DNA of 63,366 nucleotides, the filler included, from Basidioascus undulatus (lineage: Eukaryota): assembly GCA_000826855.1 (NCBI GenBank). It is 5 parts of 5 records of this genome, joined end to end, with 100 filler letters (N's around TTAATTAATTAA, not from the genome) between each part and the next. Parts side by side here need not be neighbours in the genome. Positions count along the whole stretch, not along the records: positions 25,421 to 38,009 come from JTLS01000890.1; 4 more parts are not named here. One strand, written 5' to 3'. This document shows, one piece after another, positions 25,444 to 36,721 of the stretch (the first letter of the stretch is position 1; the number at the start of each line of letters is the position of its first letter). Position numbers and translations under genes: made by a program. Below the pieces are notes generated by a model. It ran no database searches. It had not been told where the DNA came from and saw only the letters and a list, made by a program, of their open reading frames with translations.

Positions 25444-26025
25444 GAGATGGGGTCGAGCCCGTCCACGCCGGACTCGAGCATGCCCGGCACGCCGATGATG
25501 GACCTCGATCCGGCGTCAGAGCTCACGGACTCGTTCTTCCCCTCCGGAGGCCCGGGCGTCGCGGGGCCGACGGCGCTCTTCAGCGTCCCGCCCGCGTGCG
25601 TGCAGCCGACGATGCTGCACCCCGCCGCGGTGAGCATCGCGCCGTCTGCGACGGCGGGGGGCGCGCCTGCGGGAGCGGGCGCGGGCGAGGAGAAGCCCAA
25701 GAAGGAGAAGCGGACCTACAACAAGAGCGAGAAGATGGACCCCCGGGACAAGCCGTTCAAGTGCCCCGTGCCGGTAAGGCTGCTCATGTCTGCTGCTGCT
25801 GCTCCGCGACCACCCGACGAACGGTCCATGCTGACCGGGAGGGTGGCCGGCTTGCACAGGGGTGCAACAAGGCTTACAAGCAACAAAACGGACTCAAGTG
25901 CGTCTTCCTCCCCACCTCCCTCGCCCTTTTCTTCACCCCCGTCGTCCCCCGTTGTGCTTACGATGGTGCGCGCGCGCGTGTGCAGGTATCACCGCCTCAA
26001 GGGACAGTGCTCGTTCCAGAGTTAG
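25444..26025 (+). CDS. Sfp1-like zinc-finger transcription factor, 3' portion
   Basis: Spliced KPFKCPVP|GCNKAYKQQNGLK|YHRLKGQCSFQS* matches the Sfp1 finger pattern; the 5' part is probably lost at the contig edge. Confidence 0.7.
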   Translation, partial: EMGSSPSTPDSSMPGTPMMDLDPASELTDSFFPSGGPGVAGPTALFSVPPACVQPTMLHPAAVSIAPSATAGGAPAGAGAGEEKPKKEKRTYNKSEKMDPRDKPFKCPVPVRLLMSAAAAPRPPDERSMLTGRVAGLHRGATRLTSNKTDSSASSSPPPSPFSSPPSSPVVLTMVRARVCRYHRLKGQCSFQS

Positions 26026-26765
26026 ACGCCATCACCTACCCACCGGCCGCCTGAACAACGTCCATCGCCCAACCACCACACTCTCAAAAATGTCGTCCGC
26101 TCAACTCTGTCGACCGCTGCACCACCCCGTCCCGCCCAACAACCTCCGCCGCTTCCGCTCCTCGCTCGCCGCCACGCTCCTGCTCCCCACGATCGCTTAT
26201 CGCTCGGAATCGCAAGGTCTCGCTGTTATCTCGTCTCTTCCTCCTCTTCGACCCGGGGCAGCCCCGGCATCGAAGTCGGTTCTTCCTTCTTTTTCGGTAC
26301 TACATCATCTCTTTTTGCCTAGTTTTTCGTCGGCGCCTGCGCCTATTTCCGTTGCTCTCTGCTTTCCTCTCGCATATTTCCTCCCTACTCCTGTGCTTGT
26401 ACTACCGCATGCCTCGCGACCACGACGAAATAAAGGAATAAGACGATATATGCACTACATGAGAACGTCCCATGTCTGCCGTGTGCTGTGCGGCCTTTCT
26501 TCTGCGCTTTCAAATTCTCCTCGAAGCGTGTCTTGCTCATTGCAATTCACGCAAATTTGCGACCACCAGTTGAGCGTTTCGTTGATGGGCGGAAGCGCCT
26601 CGAAGGTTGGAGGCGGTTCGTCCCTGGACGATCCGCGACAGTCCGCCCCCGCTGTGCGCAGGTGACGACAGCTTGTGCCCCGCCCAGCGAGCCGCTCCCC
26701 CTGCTGCCTTCCTCGCTCTCTCACTCTCGCTTTCCTAGACTCTCCCATACCTCACATCCTACACG

Positions 26766-27593
26766 ATGGCCCCCGCTACCGCCTCCCACCCCGACCCGGC
26801 GTCCTCTGCCCCGCTCCACCCCGAGCTCCTCTGGGCCCAGCGCTCCTCTGCCGACTCGCCTGAAAAGTGCGCTTCCTCCCGACGACGCTGTCTACAAGCG
26901 GCGCCTGATGGCTGATTGGTGTCTTGCGATGCGGTATTTGTGTCTAGGAACGTCCTATACTTGACGGTCAACTTGCCTGATATCCAGGGCGAGCCGGACC
27001 TGGAACTCAGCGAGACGGGCATCAAGTTCAAGGCGCGTGCGGGCAAGTGAGTCGTCGGCTTTTCCCTGGGCTCGATTGCATCCTTGCGTATTCGCGCGCG
27101 GGGTCGGCGTTCGGTAGAACGGGATGTTGAATGACGGTGGGACTGGGATGGTAGCGCGGCAAAGGGTCTGGAGGAGAAGGACTACGCGTTCGAGCTCGAG
27201 TTCTTCGAGCCTGTCGACGTGGCTGTGAGTGATGCTCTCCCCCTCGGCGGACAGGCATACGGGGAGAGTGGGATAAGGTGGCTGATGGTTTAATGGGTTG
27301 TTTGGTGTGGTGCGGAACAATAGGAGTCCAAGAAGCACCTCACTTCCCGCGCGCTCACGCTCGTCCTCCGCAAGAAGGACGCCAAGGCCGACTACTGGCC
27401 GCGCCTGACCAAGGAGAAGAGCAAGAACCATTTCATCAAAGTGGACTGGTCCAAGGTGCGTTGCGCCTCCCCTTCCCCTACAGCGCTGTATAATGAAGGG
27501 CGGGAGACGCTGCTGGGCTGGGACTTGCGAGCAGTGGGTCGACGAGGACGAGCAGGAAGACGCGCTGGGCGAGGACCCCATGGCGGGCCTGGA

Positions 27594-27638
<45 letters not shown>

Positions 27639-28002
27639 TGGCGGCGGCTTCGGCGGTGCGGGCGGCATGGTGCGTCTTCCCGCTACACAACCTCCTCTCC
27701 CTCGCAGGCGCGCTCACCACGTCCTCGACCTTCCTTCCTCCAAACAGGATCTGCAAGCTGTGCGTTTCATTCCCACTCACTCCCTGATGCTACCGCACAA
27801 CTTACTCACATTATTCCCCGTTCCCGCGGTGTGACAGATGATGGCCCAGATGGGTGCCGGCGGCGCGGGCGGCGCAGGCGGCTTCGACCCCTCCGCGTTC
27901 GCCGCGGGTGCGGGCGCCGGCGCCGGCGGTGATGACTCGGACGACGATGCGGCGCCGGGCGATGATGACGACGACGACATGCCGCCTCTGGAGACTGCGT
28001 AA
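26766..28002 (+). CDS. SBA1: Hsp90 co-chaperone p23 (Sba1/Wos2)
   Basis: LHPELLWAQRSS, YWPRLTKEK, FIKVDWSK|WVDEDEQ, GGM repeats and an acidic tail DDDDMPPLETA*. Confidence 0.95.
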
Positions 28003-28408
28003 GGGAGGACAGGGCAAGCGAAGGGTTGGGCGATGAGAAGGGCGATTAGGGGGGCGGTTGAAGGGCGGTTTGGGTGTGCTGTTGCTCGAAAACAGAAAGC
28101 GATGGGGCTTTGGGCCCGAAAAGATTATACCGCTTTGCTCTGCTTGGTGCAGGAACGCGTGGTGCTTCTCGATTGTGGAACGCTTGCAAGGCTTGGATTA
28201 CGTTGCGGAGGCGCGGTGTTGAGCTCGGGATGTCTCGCGACTTGCGCGAAGCTCGCAACGTCTGAAAATCTCGTAAGAAACCCAATCGTTATGTAGTAGA
28301 GAATGCTGCCTTTGGTTGCCCGCATCTATACCATTGGTAAGAGCCCACAGCCGCGAAGTGAGTACGCCCGACGCGTGCCCCTCGCGTGCTTCCTTCCACC
28401 CTCTCGTC

Positions 28409-29462
28409 ATGACCTCCGCCTGCCCCGCCCAACCGCCGACGCCGCTTGTCCGCCTCCCGCCATTGTCAGAACGAGTAACAGATCCTGACGAAGAGGTAAT
28501 TACCCCTGTACCGTGACCACGTGCTTTTGCACCAATGATGAACACAAAAACCACTAGATCTTCATCCTCTACACCACCTCCTCCCGGGCAGGCGATGCCG
28601 GAGGCCTCGGGTACTTGGACGGCTCAGCGCCGGTCGTGAGCGTGCGACTACCGGCACTGCCGCACTCTGCGAAGTCGGCAGCGTCTGGGAAGCCGGGTCG
28701 TAGAAGAGCGGGCCGGGAGAAAGAGAGGGGGACGGAGAAGACGGAGGAGCGCGAGATCGGGGTCTTTCAGGACCCGGGCTCGCTGAAGAACCGGAAGGGC
28801 GATACGGGGAGCGTCGTTTGGAGATCTTCGTGCGTTCTTCGAATAATGCTTCAGGACTCGTCGGCAATGCTGAAACTTGATTCCGATGCTGCAGGGTGTA
28901 TCTCGCTCGACTGCTCTTGTCTTCGCCCGATCCGGCGTCATCTATCCCACCGCTCCTCGACCCATCCCACCTATACACTTCCACAGTCCTCGAACTCGGC
29001 TCAGGAACAGGCTTCCTCCCGCTCGCGCTCTCCTCGCTCGTCGCGCACTGGCTGGCAACCGACCAGCACGCGTCCCTTCCGCTCATCCACAAAAACATCC
29101 AATCCTCCACATCTTCCTCCTCCTCCAGAATCTCCGTCCACGAACTCGACTGGAGTGCGCTCCTCACCTTCTCCCGCCTCCGGCCCTACACCCTCCCACA
29201 CGAACCCGACCTCATCATCGCTGCAGACTGCGTGTTCAACGCTGCGCTCCTGCCCGCGCTGCGGGCGGCGCTGGACGAGTTCGCATTGGTGCGGAAGACG
29301 GTGGTCATTATGGTTGTGGAGCTTAGGAGTGAGGACGTGCTGAGGGAGTGGGTGCGGGTGTGGTTGGAGGGGGAGAGGTGGGAGGTGTGGAGGGTCGGGA
29401 AGGAGGCGGTCGGGGAGCTCGCGGAGGGGTTTGTGGTGTGGGCGGGATGGAGGACCAGATGA
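28409..29462 (+). CDS. Protein lysine methyltransferase, METTL21/Rkm5-like
   Basis: VTDPDEE|IFILYT, RKGDTGSVVWRSS, VLELGSGTG (SAM-binding), LATDQ, ELDW, DLIIAADCVFN, ELRSEDVLREW. Confidence 0.85.
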
Positions 29463-30321
29463 CTTGCCGTTCAGAGTGCATATCGCGACGGACGCAGAAG
29501 GTTGTTCGGGAGATTTAGAAAGTGCCTGCTGTCCAGTCCCACATCATCGCCAGCGACTTTAAACACATGTGCAGACGAAAGTGGACCTCCAAACCTGCTC
29601 TCACTGGCTGGTTCAGTCTGTCTTTACTCGAAAATGTTCAGACACAGAGTGAAAGGTGTCCCTTTCGCTAACTCTGCTTTGGAATCGTCAGTCCGCGGGC
29701 GAGCCTGTAGACGACACCAAGATGACACGACCCTGTAGATTGTTCAATACAGCCGTTAGCTCCAAATTCTTGGTTCCCGAAATACTATTAAAGCACCCGA
29801 ATTTACGGAGCATGCTGAGCGCTGAATGACAAGAAGGCAGGTCGTCGCTCATCTGCATGCACATGGATTTGGTGGAGCCATTCACCGGATTCCCTTTTTG
29901 AAGCACCACTTTCAAAATTTAAGTTTACAAAAAGCCATCGCCACTCTCGCTCCCAATCTACGCAGATCATTTTTGTCCTTCCAGGGGCAACAGGCGGGTT
30001 CCGTCCAGGATAGCAAGACCTTGTCATCCAATTGGAAGGAAAGCCTGCATGCTCCCAATGATGAGTGGGTCTTGATACTTCACAGATGGGAAGTTCATTT
30101 ATGCGATCTCCCATGAAGATGTATTGGAAGCGAAACCAGCCGTCTGCGCATGGTAATATTGAAATGGTGGACGTACGTTTTCATTTTCAATGACTCACGA
30201 AAGACACGCAACATGCAGTATGTTTCATTTGTATATGAATTCCGCCGCTTTACATGCGGCAGGTTTAGTCCCGGCCGATGACCATCCCATTCTCAACGTC
30301 CAGCCGCCAATCCCACCAGCG

Positions 30322-31206
30322 ATGTCCGTGTTCCCTTCCCACAGTACAACTCACCCAAGCCACGGACCTGAGTCGAGGCAGGCGCTTAGCCAGCGCCTGC
30401 ACGGCTCGAAGCTGCAGCACCCTGCCATGTTCGACATATGTTGGGCCCGCGCCGTAGCGAACAACCCCGCCGTCGTTCCAGAAGCTGATGTTGTCATAGG
30501 GTGCTTCATGGCGGCCTCCATGACGGCTAGATTGTCAGTTAGGGCCCAGATTTCGAGCAAGCTTGGCTACAGGCACCCTTCAACTGCAGTCAGCTTCAGA
30601 CGTAGCCCATCTAGTGCAAATAGTTTCACTTACCGTCCAGATCAGAATAGGATCATCGCAGTTGTAGCGAGCTTCGGTCAGGCATGGGCAGCAACGCAGA
30701 ATAGTCTCCAGGTCAGACGAAGCTATTCGAGCGTCGAAACTGAAGATGGTGAGCGCGAGAGGATTAAGCAATTCATTGAGCATGCGGAGCAAGACGACAG
30801 TCACCTCGATTTCCCCAGCCTCGGAGAATTCCAGCTCGTGCAGAGATGGTACCAAGCCGAATACAGCGTCCGGCACTCGTGGTCGGCTGCAGAATCGGAG
30901 AGCTTCGAGCTTCGAGAACGGGACTTGACCGGATTCTCCGGTACCGGACGGCAGAAGGGGTACAACGCAGCTTCCTGAGACCCATATTTCCTCCGGATCT
31001 TGAGCATTCCAAGGTAAGATTTGGTGATATGCTACACCAGAGGAGTCCGTGTCGAGAACGTCCACATCAATGGCCAGGTACTGCAACGTGGACGTATTCT
31101 GCCGGATGAGCTAGCGAACCAGATCAAGCATGACACTCGCGCTGCTAGCGGGAATCCGGTGTCCCTGTCCCAAGTGAAGTCGATGATCAGGGACCGAAGT
31201 CCCTAA
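30322..31206 (+). pseudogene. Unknown, possibly decayed reading frame in a lower-GC island
   Basis: Two ORFs in the same frame separated by two stops (30976, 31015); no clean intron model found and no recognisable family. Confidence 0.25.
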
Positions 31207-31342
31207 TGCCCGTGAAGGAAACGGGAAGGGTCGATCGACATCATGAGGCTCCCTAGGTCCACCAAGCGCGCGAGAGCTTCTCCGACGTGGAACTCTGTGC
31301 CGCCTTCGAGAGGGCCCAAACCTCACTGGTGATCGAAGCAGC

Positions 31343-31745
31343 TTAGATTAGGGAGACATGCGATGACTTCGTCGAGCGGGTCGGACGGCTTGGGTCCTCG
31401 AGTCTCAGTTTCTGTAGTAACAACTTCGGAATATCAGCAGCGCTTGATATCACATTGCATACGAACTTGATGACCTTCTGCAACGCTAGGTTGCTCTCGA
31501 GCGCCTGGCGAGTAAGTGAACGCGACGGGAAGCGGATCACCAGCTCGAAGACGCCCGACAGAAAGACAGAACGCGTCCTGGCGTTCACGGACAAGAGCGC
31601 CTTCCGGGTCTCGATGTCGCAGAACGCTACAAGAAAACATCTCGGTCGGAAGGCACTCGAGCGAAGGAGGGGACGCCTGCGAGCTCAAGAGAACGGGATC
31701 GAACACCGCGGCGGTAGTCTCGGGGTGTTTGAAAAGCTCAGACAT
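31343..31745 (-). pseudogene. F-box-like gene remnant with a frameshift
   Basis: SLECLPTEMF continues after a frameshift near 31632 as VAFCDIETRKALLSVNARTRSVFL, together an F-box-like motif. Confidence 0.45.
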
Positions 31746-32912
31746 TTCTGATTTATGTGAATAGAGCTGTTGTATGGTGTTGATGATACTGGTGTGAGCG
31801 TAAAGAGCGCGTTCGTGGATGAGAGGAAGAGGAGGGAGAGGCACCGCGGCCGCGCGAGACTATGCGGCGGCAGTAACCCTACCGTTCCGGGAGAGTCCGC
31901 CAAATAGTTGAGCACCGGAAATGCAGGCGCTAGGTACAGCAAAAGAAAGGGAAACTGCTTCCCTTGACAATTGGCGAGATCCTTCACATGCAGTCTGCAC
32001 ACAATACTTGAACTCGCATTATACACTTCACACACTGCACAGTGGGCTCGCATCGCAATCAGGACGATTGCTTCTAGGCATGGGCTAATGAAACTAAGAA
32101 AGTCCGCCTACTTTCCGATGCTGCGGCTGTGCCTTCGACGATAGCGCGGCCATACGTCGTGAGGCCGCAAAACTCGAAGCCCGTCAACCAATGGAATACT
32201 TGGTAGGGGTCATTCTCCACATAATGATACCCATGAGTCGAATTGTGGAGGAATTATCACCCAAGTAAATGAGCGCTTCATGGAGAGCCTGTATCGTTTC
32301 TGGGAGCGGTTCATGGTAGCCATTTCACTGATTTCATGACCCGGCTGTGTTGCGCCGTCCTGTATTGGGATCTGCTGTCGTTGACGGTTCAGAATATACC
32401 GAAGGCGCAATATAATACCCAATAAGACACTGAAGGCCATGGACGTTTTCGGGTACGCTAAAAATAAGAGTTATCCCTCTCCTTACGGTAATCCATGGCC
32501 AACATTACTTACGTGAAAGCGTACAGAAGCGAAGCGCAGCTCGCGGAGAATGTTTTCCACCCGCTTGCTGCCGCACATGAGATAGGGGTAAAAGAGCTGG
32601 GAAGGATAACGAATGTGGCTATGTGTCGAAAAATGATAATTGTCCGTACGCTGCAGACCAGCTCAGGTTGGGCTAGCGAAGCACAACCAGAGCGCCAAAG
32701 GTAGGATGTTTACCGCGGGCCTCGCTTCGGATGTCTAAGCATGGGCGATGCGATAAAGAGGTTAATATAAATAGTCCCATTCCCTTCTATCACCCCACGA
32801 CTTCCAGAGAGCCGACGATAAGAGGTAAGCGGCATTGTGTGCAAGCACTGGAAGGCTCTTCTTCATACCGCCTACATACCAGCAGTGAGGACCGGTGCGC
32901 AAGCCTCATGCA

Positions 32913-33768
32913 TTAATCTATGCCATCCTTCTCCTGGGGCTCCTCACTCTCTTCACCCTTCTCCCGCTGCTTCCGCCTGTGCTTCTTCGCCCTCTGCCGC
33001 TTCCGTGCTCGCTCCTTCTCCGCCTTCATGTCGAGCCGTGACACGCCCGGATTCTGCAGTTGGTCAAGCTATTGAACAGGCAGCATTAGATTAGACGAAG
33101 GGCATGAACGTGGAATTCAACAGCAATGCGCACTCGGTCGGTAAGGATCTTGCGAGCGCGCACACGATTCTGCTCGAGGGAGCGCGTCTCTTGGCATTGG
33201 ACGCGAATGCCAGTGGGAAGATGGATGAGTGAGACCTGTTGAGGTAACGCGCGCCAGCATTAAAGATAACTAGTGAGGGCCTGACGGCAACAAGATCAAC
33301 GAACGGAGCTGTTCGTCTTGTTGATCGCCTGTCCTCCAGGGCCGGAACCTGCGAATACCCATGAGCACGGGCGGCAGCGCAACCTGCCATATGGATGACT
33401 CACCTCGGACAAAAGACTCCTTGATATCGTCCTCATCCAACACGGGTATTTGTCGGGTCTTGAAGGCGACCTTGCGGTTGCGGTGCGAGAGCGTCGCAGG
33501 ACGATCAAGTTCAGACCCCTGCGGCGGAGCTTCATCTTCTGATCGGTCCAAAACAGGCTGTGGTTCATCTTCCTAAAAGAGATAGGCATGGGCACCGAGG
33601 GTTCAACCGACGAAAGCGGGTCAGTTGAAATGAGCGATGTACCAAGGTCGACCGTGAAGAGGCCCATGGTGCAGCGTGTGACGCGAAGGCGCGAATAGGC
33701 GATCGATGAACGGGAAGTATCCGTCCGCGAAGGTGATTCAATAGCAAGATTCTGGTGAGTGCATGCAT
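32913..33768 (-). CDS. Mitochondrial class-I release-factor homologue (C12orf65/MTRFR-like), 4 introns
   Basis: Presequence MHALTRILLLNHLRGRILPVHRSPIRAFAS; DIKESFVR|GSGPGGQAINKTNSS|VSLIHLPTGIRVQCQETRSLEQNRVRARKIL; basic C-terminal tail. Confidence 0.9.
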
Positions 33769-34184
33769 TGCAAAGTATAAGCGTGAGGAAGCGGAGTGGA
33801 TAACAAGGCTTGTGAGGGCAGAAAGGCAAAGGGCCATCGCAGCGCTCACAAACACTCTCAAGCTTAGTCATCCGAGGGCACTCTGGAGCCTTTTGCACGG
33901 CGGTTGCTCAAGTATTTTACAGATGTGAACTGCCATTTCTCGTTGTATATGAAGATACATCAAGAACGATGGAAGTTGGGGAAGGATGCTGGGTGAAAGC
34001 GTGCTGCTTTGAAACGCCCAAGTACAAGCTGAGCCGCCCCTAATCAAACCGAAAACGTGAGTGCCGCCCGGTGTCGCTTGGGAAGACGCCTCGCCGTGCC
34101 AAAATCTCGTCGCCTTCTGTCAGTATATTTTCCAGCATCGCCGCCAACGGTACACACGCCATCCTCGACATTGCTGCGACCGCC

Positions 34185-34593
34185 GTAATCCACCCGAGCG
34201 ACCCGTGGCGCGACGAGCCCGCTCGTCCGACCCCGACCACCGGACGTCTTCCCGCCGCACCGGCGCCGCGCTGAGGGAGCGCGGGCGTCTGGCGGACGCG
34301 GAGGCGCTGGTTGACGGTCGCTGAGAACTCCGAGGGAGATCCGTTGGGGTTCGGGCGGCCTTTGGGTGGGAGGCACACGGGAGCTGAGCGCGGAGAAGGC
34401 GGAGGAGGCGCCGGCACAGGCAGGACTTCTGGGCGCAGGAGCGTGCGGCTGACCTGGTGGATGCTCTGGTTGCAGCTCGCAGACCTCAAGACTCTGCGAA
34501 AGCTGTCCGTCTTTCCTTCTTTTTGCACCGCGACAATCCACTCCCAAACCACCCTGGAACCCAGCGCTTACCCCGCCTCTTGACCTCCCACAG
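34185..34593 (+). other. Two probable 5'-UTR introns of RPS10 (34185-34475 and 34505-34593) around a 29-nt non-coding exon
   Basis: GTAATC...GCTGAC...TTGCAG and GTCCGT...TTGAC...CACAG splice signatures upstream of the ATG at 34608. The first donor position is uncertain (alternative GTACAC at 34150). Confidence 0.6.
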
Positions 34594-34607
34594 ACCTGTC
34601 CACAATC

Positions 34608-35401
34608 ATGCTGATTAGCAAGCAGAACCGGCGCACCATCTACGAGGCGCTCTTCAAGGGTTCGTGGATGGGGTTCTCGTGCTGTTGGTTACCGGGCTAG
34701 GCCGGGATGGGATGCTGAAGCAGTGGGCTGGGCGCCTGCAGAGGGTGTCCTTGTCGCCAAGAAGGACTTCGAGATCAAGCACGAGGAGCTTGACGTCCCC
34801 AACCTCGAGGTGCGTCCACGCTTTTGCGAACTGTGGGAATAGGGAGTTGGTCGCTGACGCGAGGAGTCTTGCGCGGTTGCAGGTCATCAAGGCGATGCAG
34901 TCGCTGACCTCGCGCGGCTACGTCAAGACCCAGTTCTCGTGGCAGTGGTAGTACGTGGAAGGCTTTGGCATGGTCGCATCCGCAGGTGGTCTGACAGGCC
35001 GGGAATGATGCAGCTACTACACCCTCACCCCCGAGGGTCTCGAGTACCTCCGCGAGTTCCTCCACCTCCCCTCCGAGATCGTGCCGGCCGTGCGTATCCC
35101 TCGCACCGGCAATTGCTTTCGGGCTAGTCTACTAACAATTGTCGGACTTCGCTTGCCTCATCGTACAGACCCACAAGAAGGCCGTCCGCCCGCCCCGCCC
35201 CGCCGCTGTCCAGGGCGGTGCCTACCGTGCTCCCCGCGGCGACCGCGACGAGTACCGCAAGGCCGAGGCTAAGGAGGGTGCTGACGCTGGCTTCCGTCCC
35301 CGGTGAGCATACCGTCGTTGGAGACCTTATGGAAGGGCCTTTGCTGACAGGAGACGGAACGTAGCTTCGGTGGTGTCGGCCGCGGTGCTCCCCGCGAGTA
35401 A
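34608..35401 (+). CDS. RPS10: 40S ribosomal protein S10 (eS10), 5 coding introns
   Basis: MLISKQNRRTIYEALFK|EGVLVAKKDF...VPNLE|VIKAMQSLTSRGYVKTQFSWQW|YYYTLTPEGLEYLREFLHLPSEIVPA|THKK...RGAPRE*. Confidence 0.97.
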
Positions 35402-36090
35402 ACATTGTGGTCGATCTCCGTTCGCTCATGTACTCGTATCGCCGCATGCTCCTACGCTTTTCAGGTTGATTGTGCTTCAGGTCCATCTGTCGCCCTTGGG
35501 CTGCCTTGCATGTTTGATCACGCGTTTCGGCCCTTGATAATGGGCCTTCGGTGCTGCTAAACATACGCCTTGCAACGTCCGCCCCCATGTCCAGCGACAC
35601 GCAAGTCTCTTCCACTGAAACTCACTTTTGAGCCAGTTGTCGGGCAACTAATGAAAGCGTCACAGACGGCTTCTTGCGTTTCGCGTTTCGCAATGCTTGC
35701 ACGAGGAAAACGGTGGCACACGAGATCCTGAACAGCGCGGTACCCATAATCACCTCGTTCCACTGGAGCGAGAGACGGATCATGTGCTCCGCAACTCTCC
35801 CCGAATAGCATTTCCACCGTGCCGCCGCGTTGTACTGTGGGCGGGGCCGAAAACGAGACGAGGAGGGCCCGAGGTCATGACAGTTGCTTTTCCGTTGCGG
35901 CATTCCACGGCAGTTGCGTTGCGCAAGTGCCTCACGCAACAAGACCTTGTGTCCTAATGACTCGAGCTGGGACTTCCGGCAGTTCTCTGGTCTTCTGCAG
36001 AAAGTCCTGAACTCCTTCACTGCAGATATCCCTCTTGCAACGTTTGATTCAAGCATGCAGTGCTCCCTCTCCACCGACTCGCGAAGCTGC

Positions 36091-36721
36091 ATGGTCTGCG
36101 GCTCTCCCTCGACGTGTTCCTCCTCCGCGGACGCTACCTTGCTCGACGACATCTGCAATTCGGTCAACGGCAAGAAGGGGGACAACGCAGAGATCGTTAG
36201 GCAGCTCTGTAAGGACATCGCGTGCGTCCTCAGCCTTTCGCTTGAGAAGACGGTGCTCGTTAACTGTGGGTCGCTTTCAACATGAGCAGGGCAGCCTACG
36301 CGAAGTACAACGTCGCGGTCATCCTCAGGGAGCTCGTGTGGCAACTTCACGTCGGCGAGATGCACGCCTGTGCGGAGGTCGAAATCATCGACGACGAGAA
36401 GGGCCCGCTCGTCTACAAGTGCTGCGTTTTTCGCGACGGTGTGTTCGTTTTGCATGCAGGCGTACGTCAGCGTGGGCTGACATTCATGCGGAAAGTAGGC
36501 ATCCTCAACTCGATCAGGCTGTATGTTGTGTTACTTGTCGAGCTGACAGAGCAGTATCTGACTTTCATTTTGGACTGTCCCATCGCAGGAAGGAGTGCTG
36601 CTGCGTCCAGAGCGCGCACATCAAGCACGGCAGCCAGCTCATCTTCCGCACGCCCGCGGGCGCCGCGGACCGCAAGTTCTTGGACAAGGTCGCTATGGAC
36701 ATGGAGATGACTACCAAATGA
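36091..36721 (+). CDS. Hypothetical 144-aa Cys-rich protein, 4 exons
   Basis: Exons 36091-36221, 36290-36438, 36499-36520 and 36589-36721 join in frame (435 nt) with canonical splice sites and GC3-rich codons. Confidence 0.65.

Noticed and set aside
27592..27640. (GGCATGGGC)n repeat
   Set aside because: Encodes the ordinary GGM tail of fungal p23.
34318..34360. GCTGAGA in the RPS10 leader intron, reminiscent of a TPP riboswitch
   Set aside because: The downstream CCTGA..TAAT..GCG.AGGGA core is absent and the gene is unrelated to thiamine.
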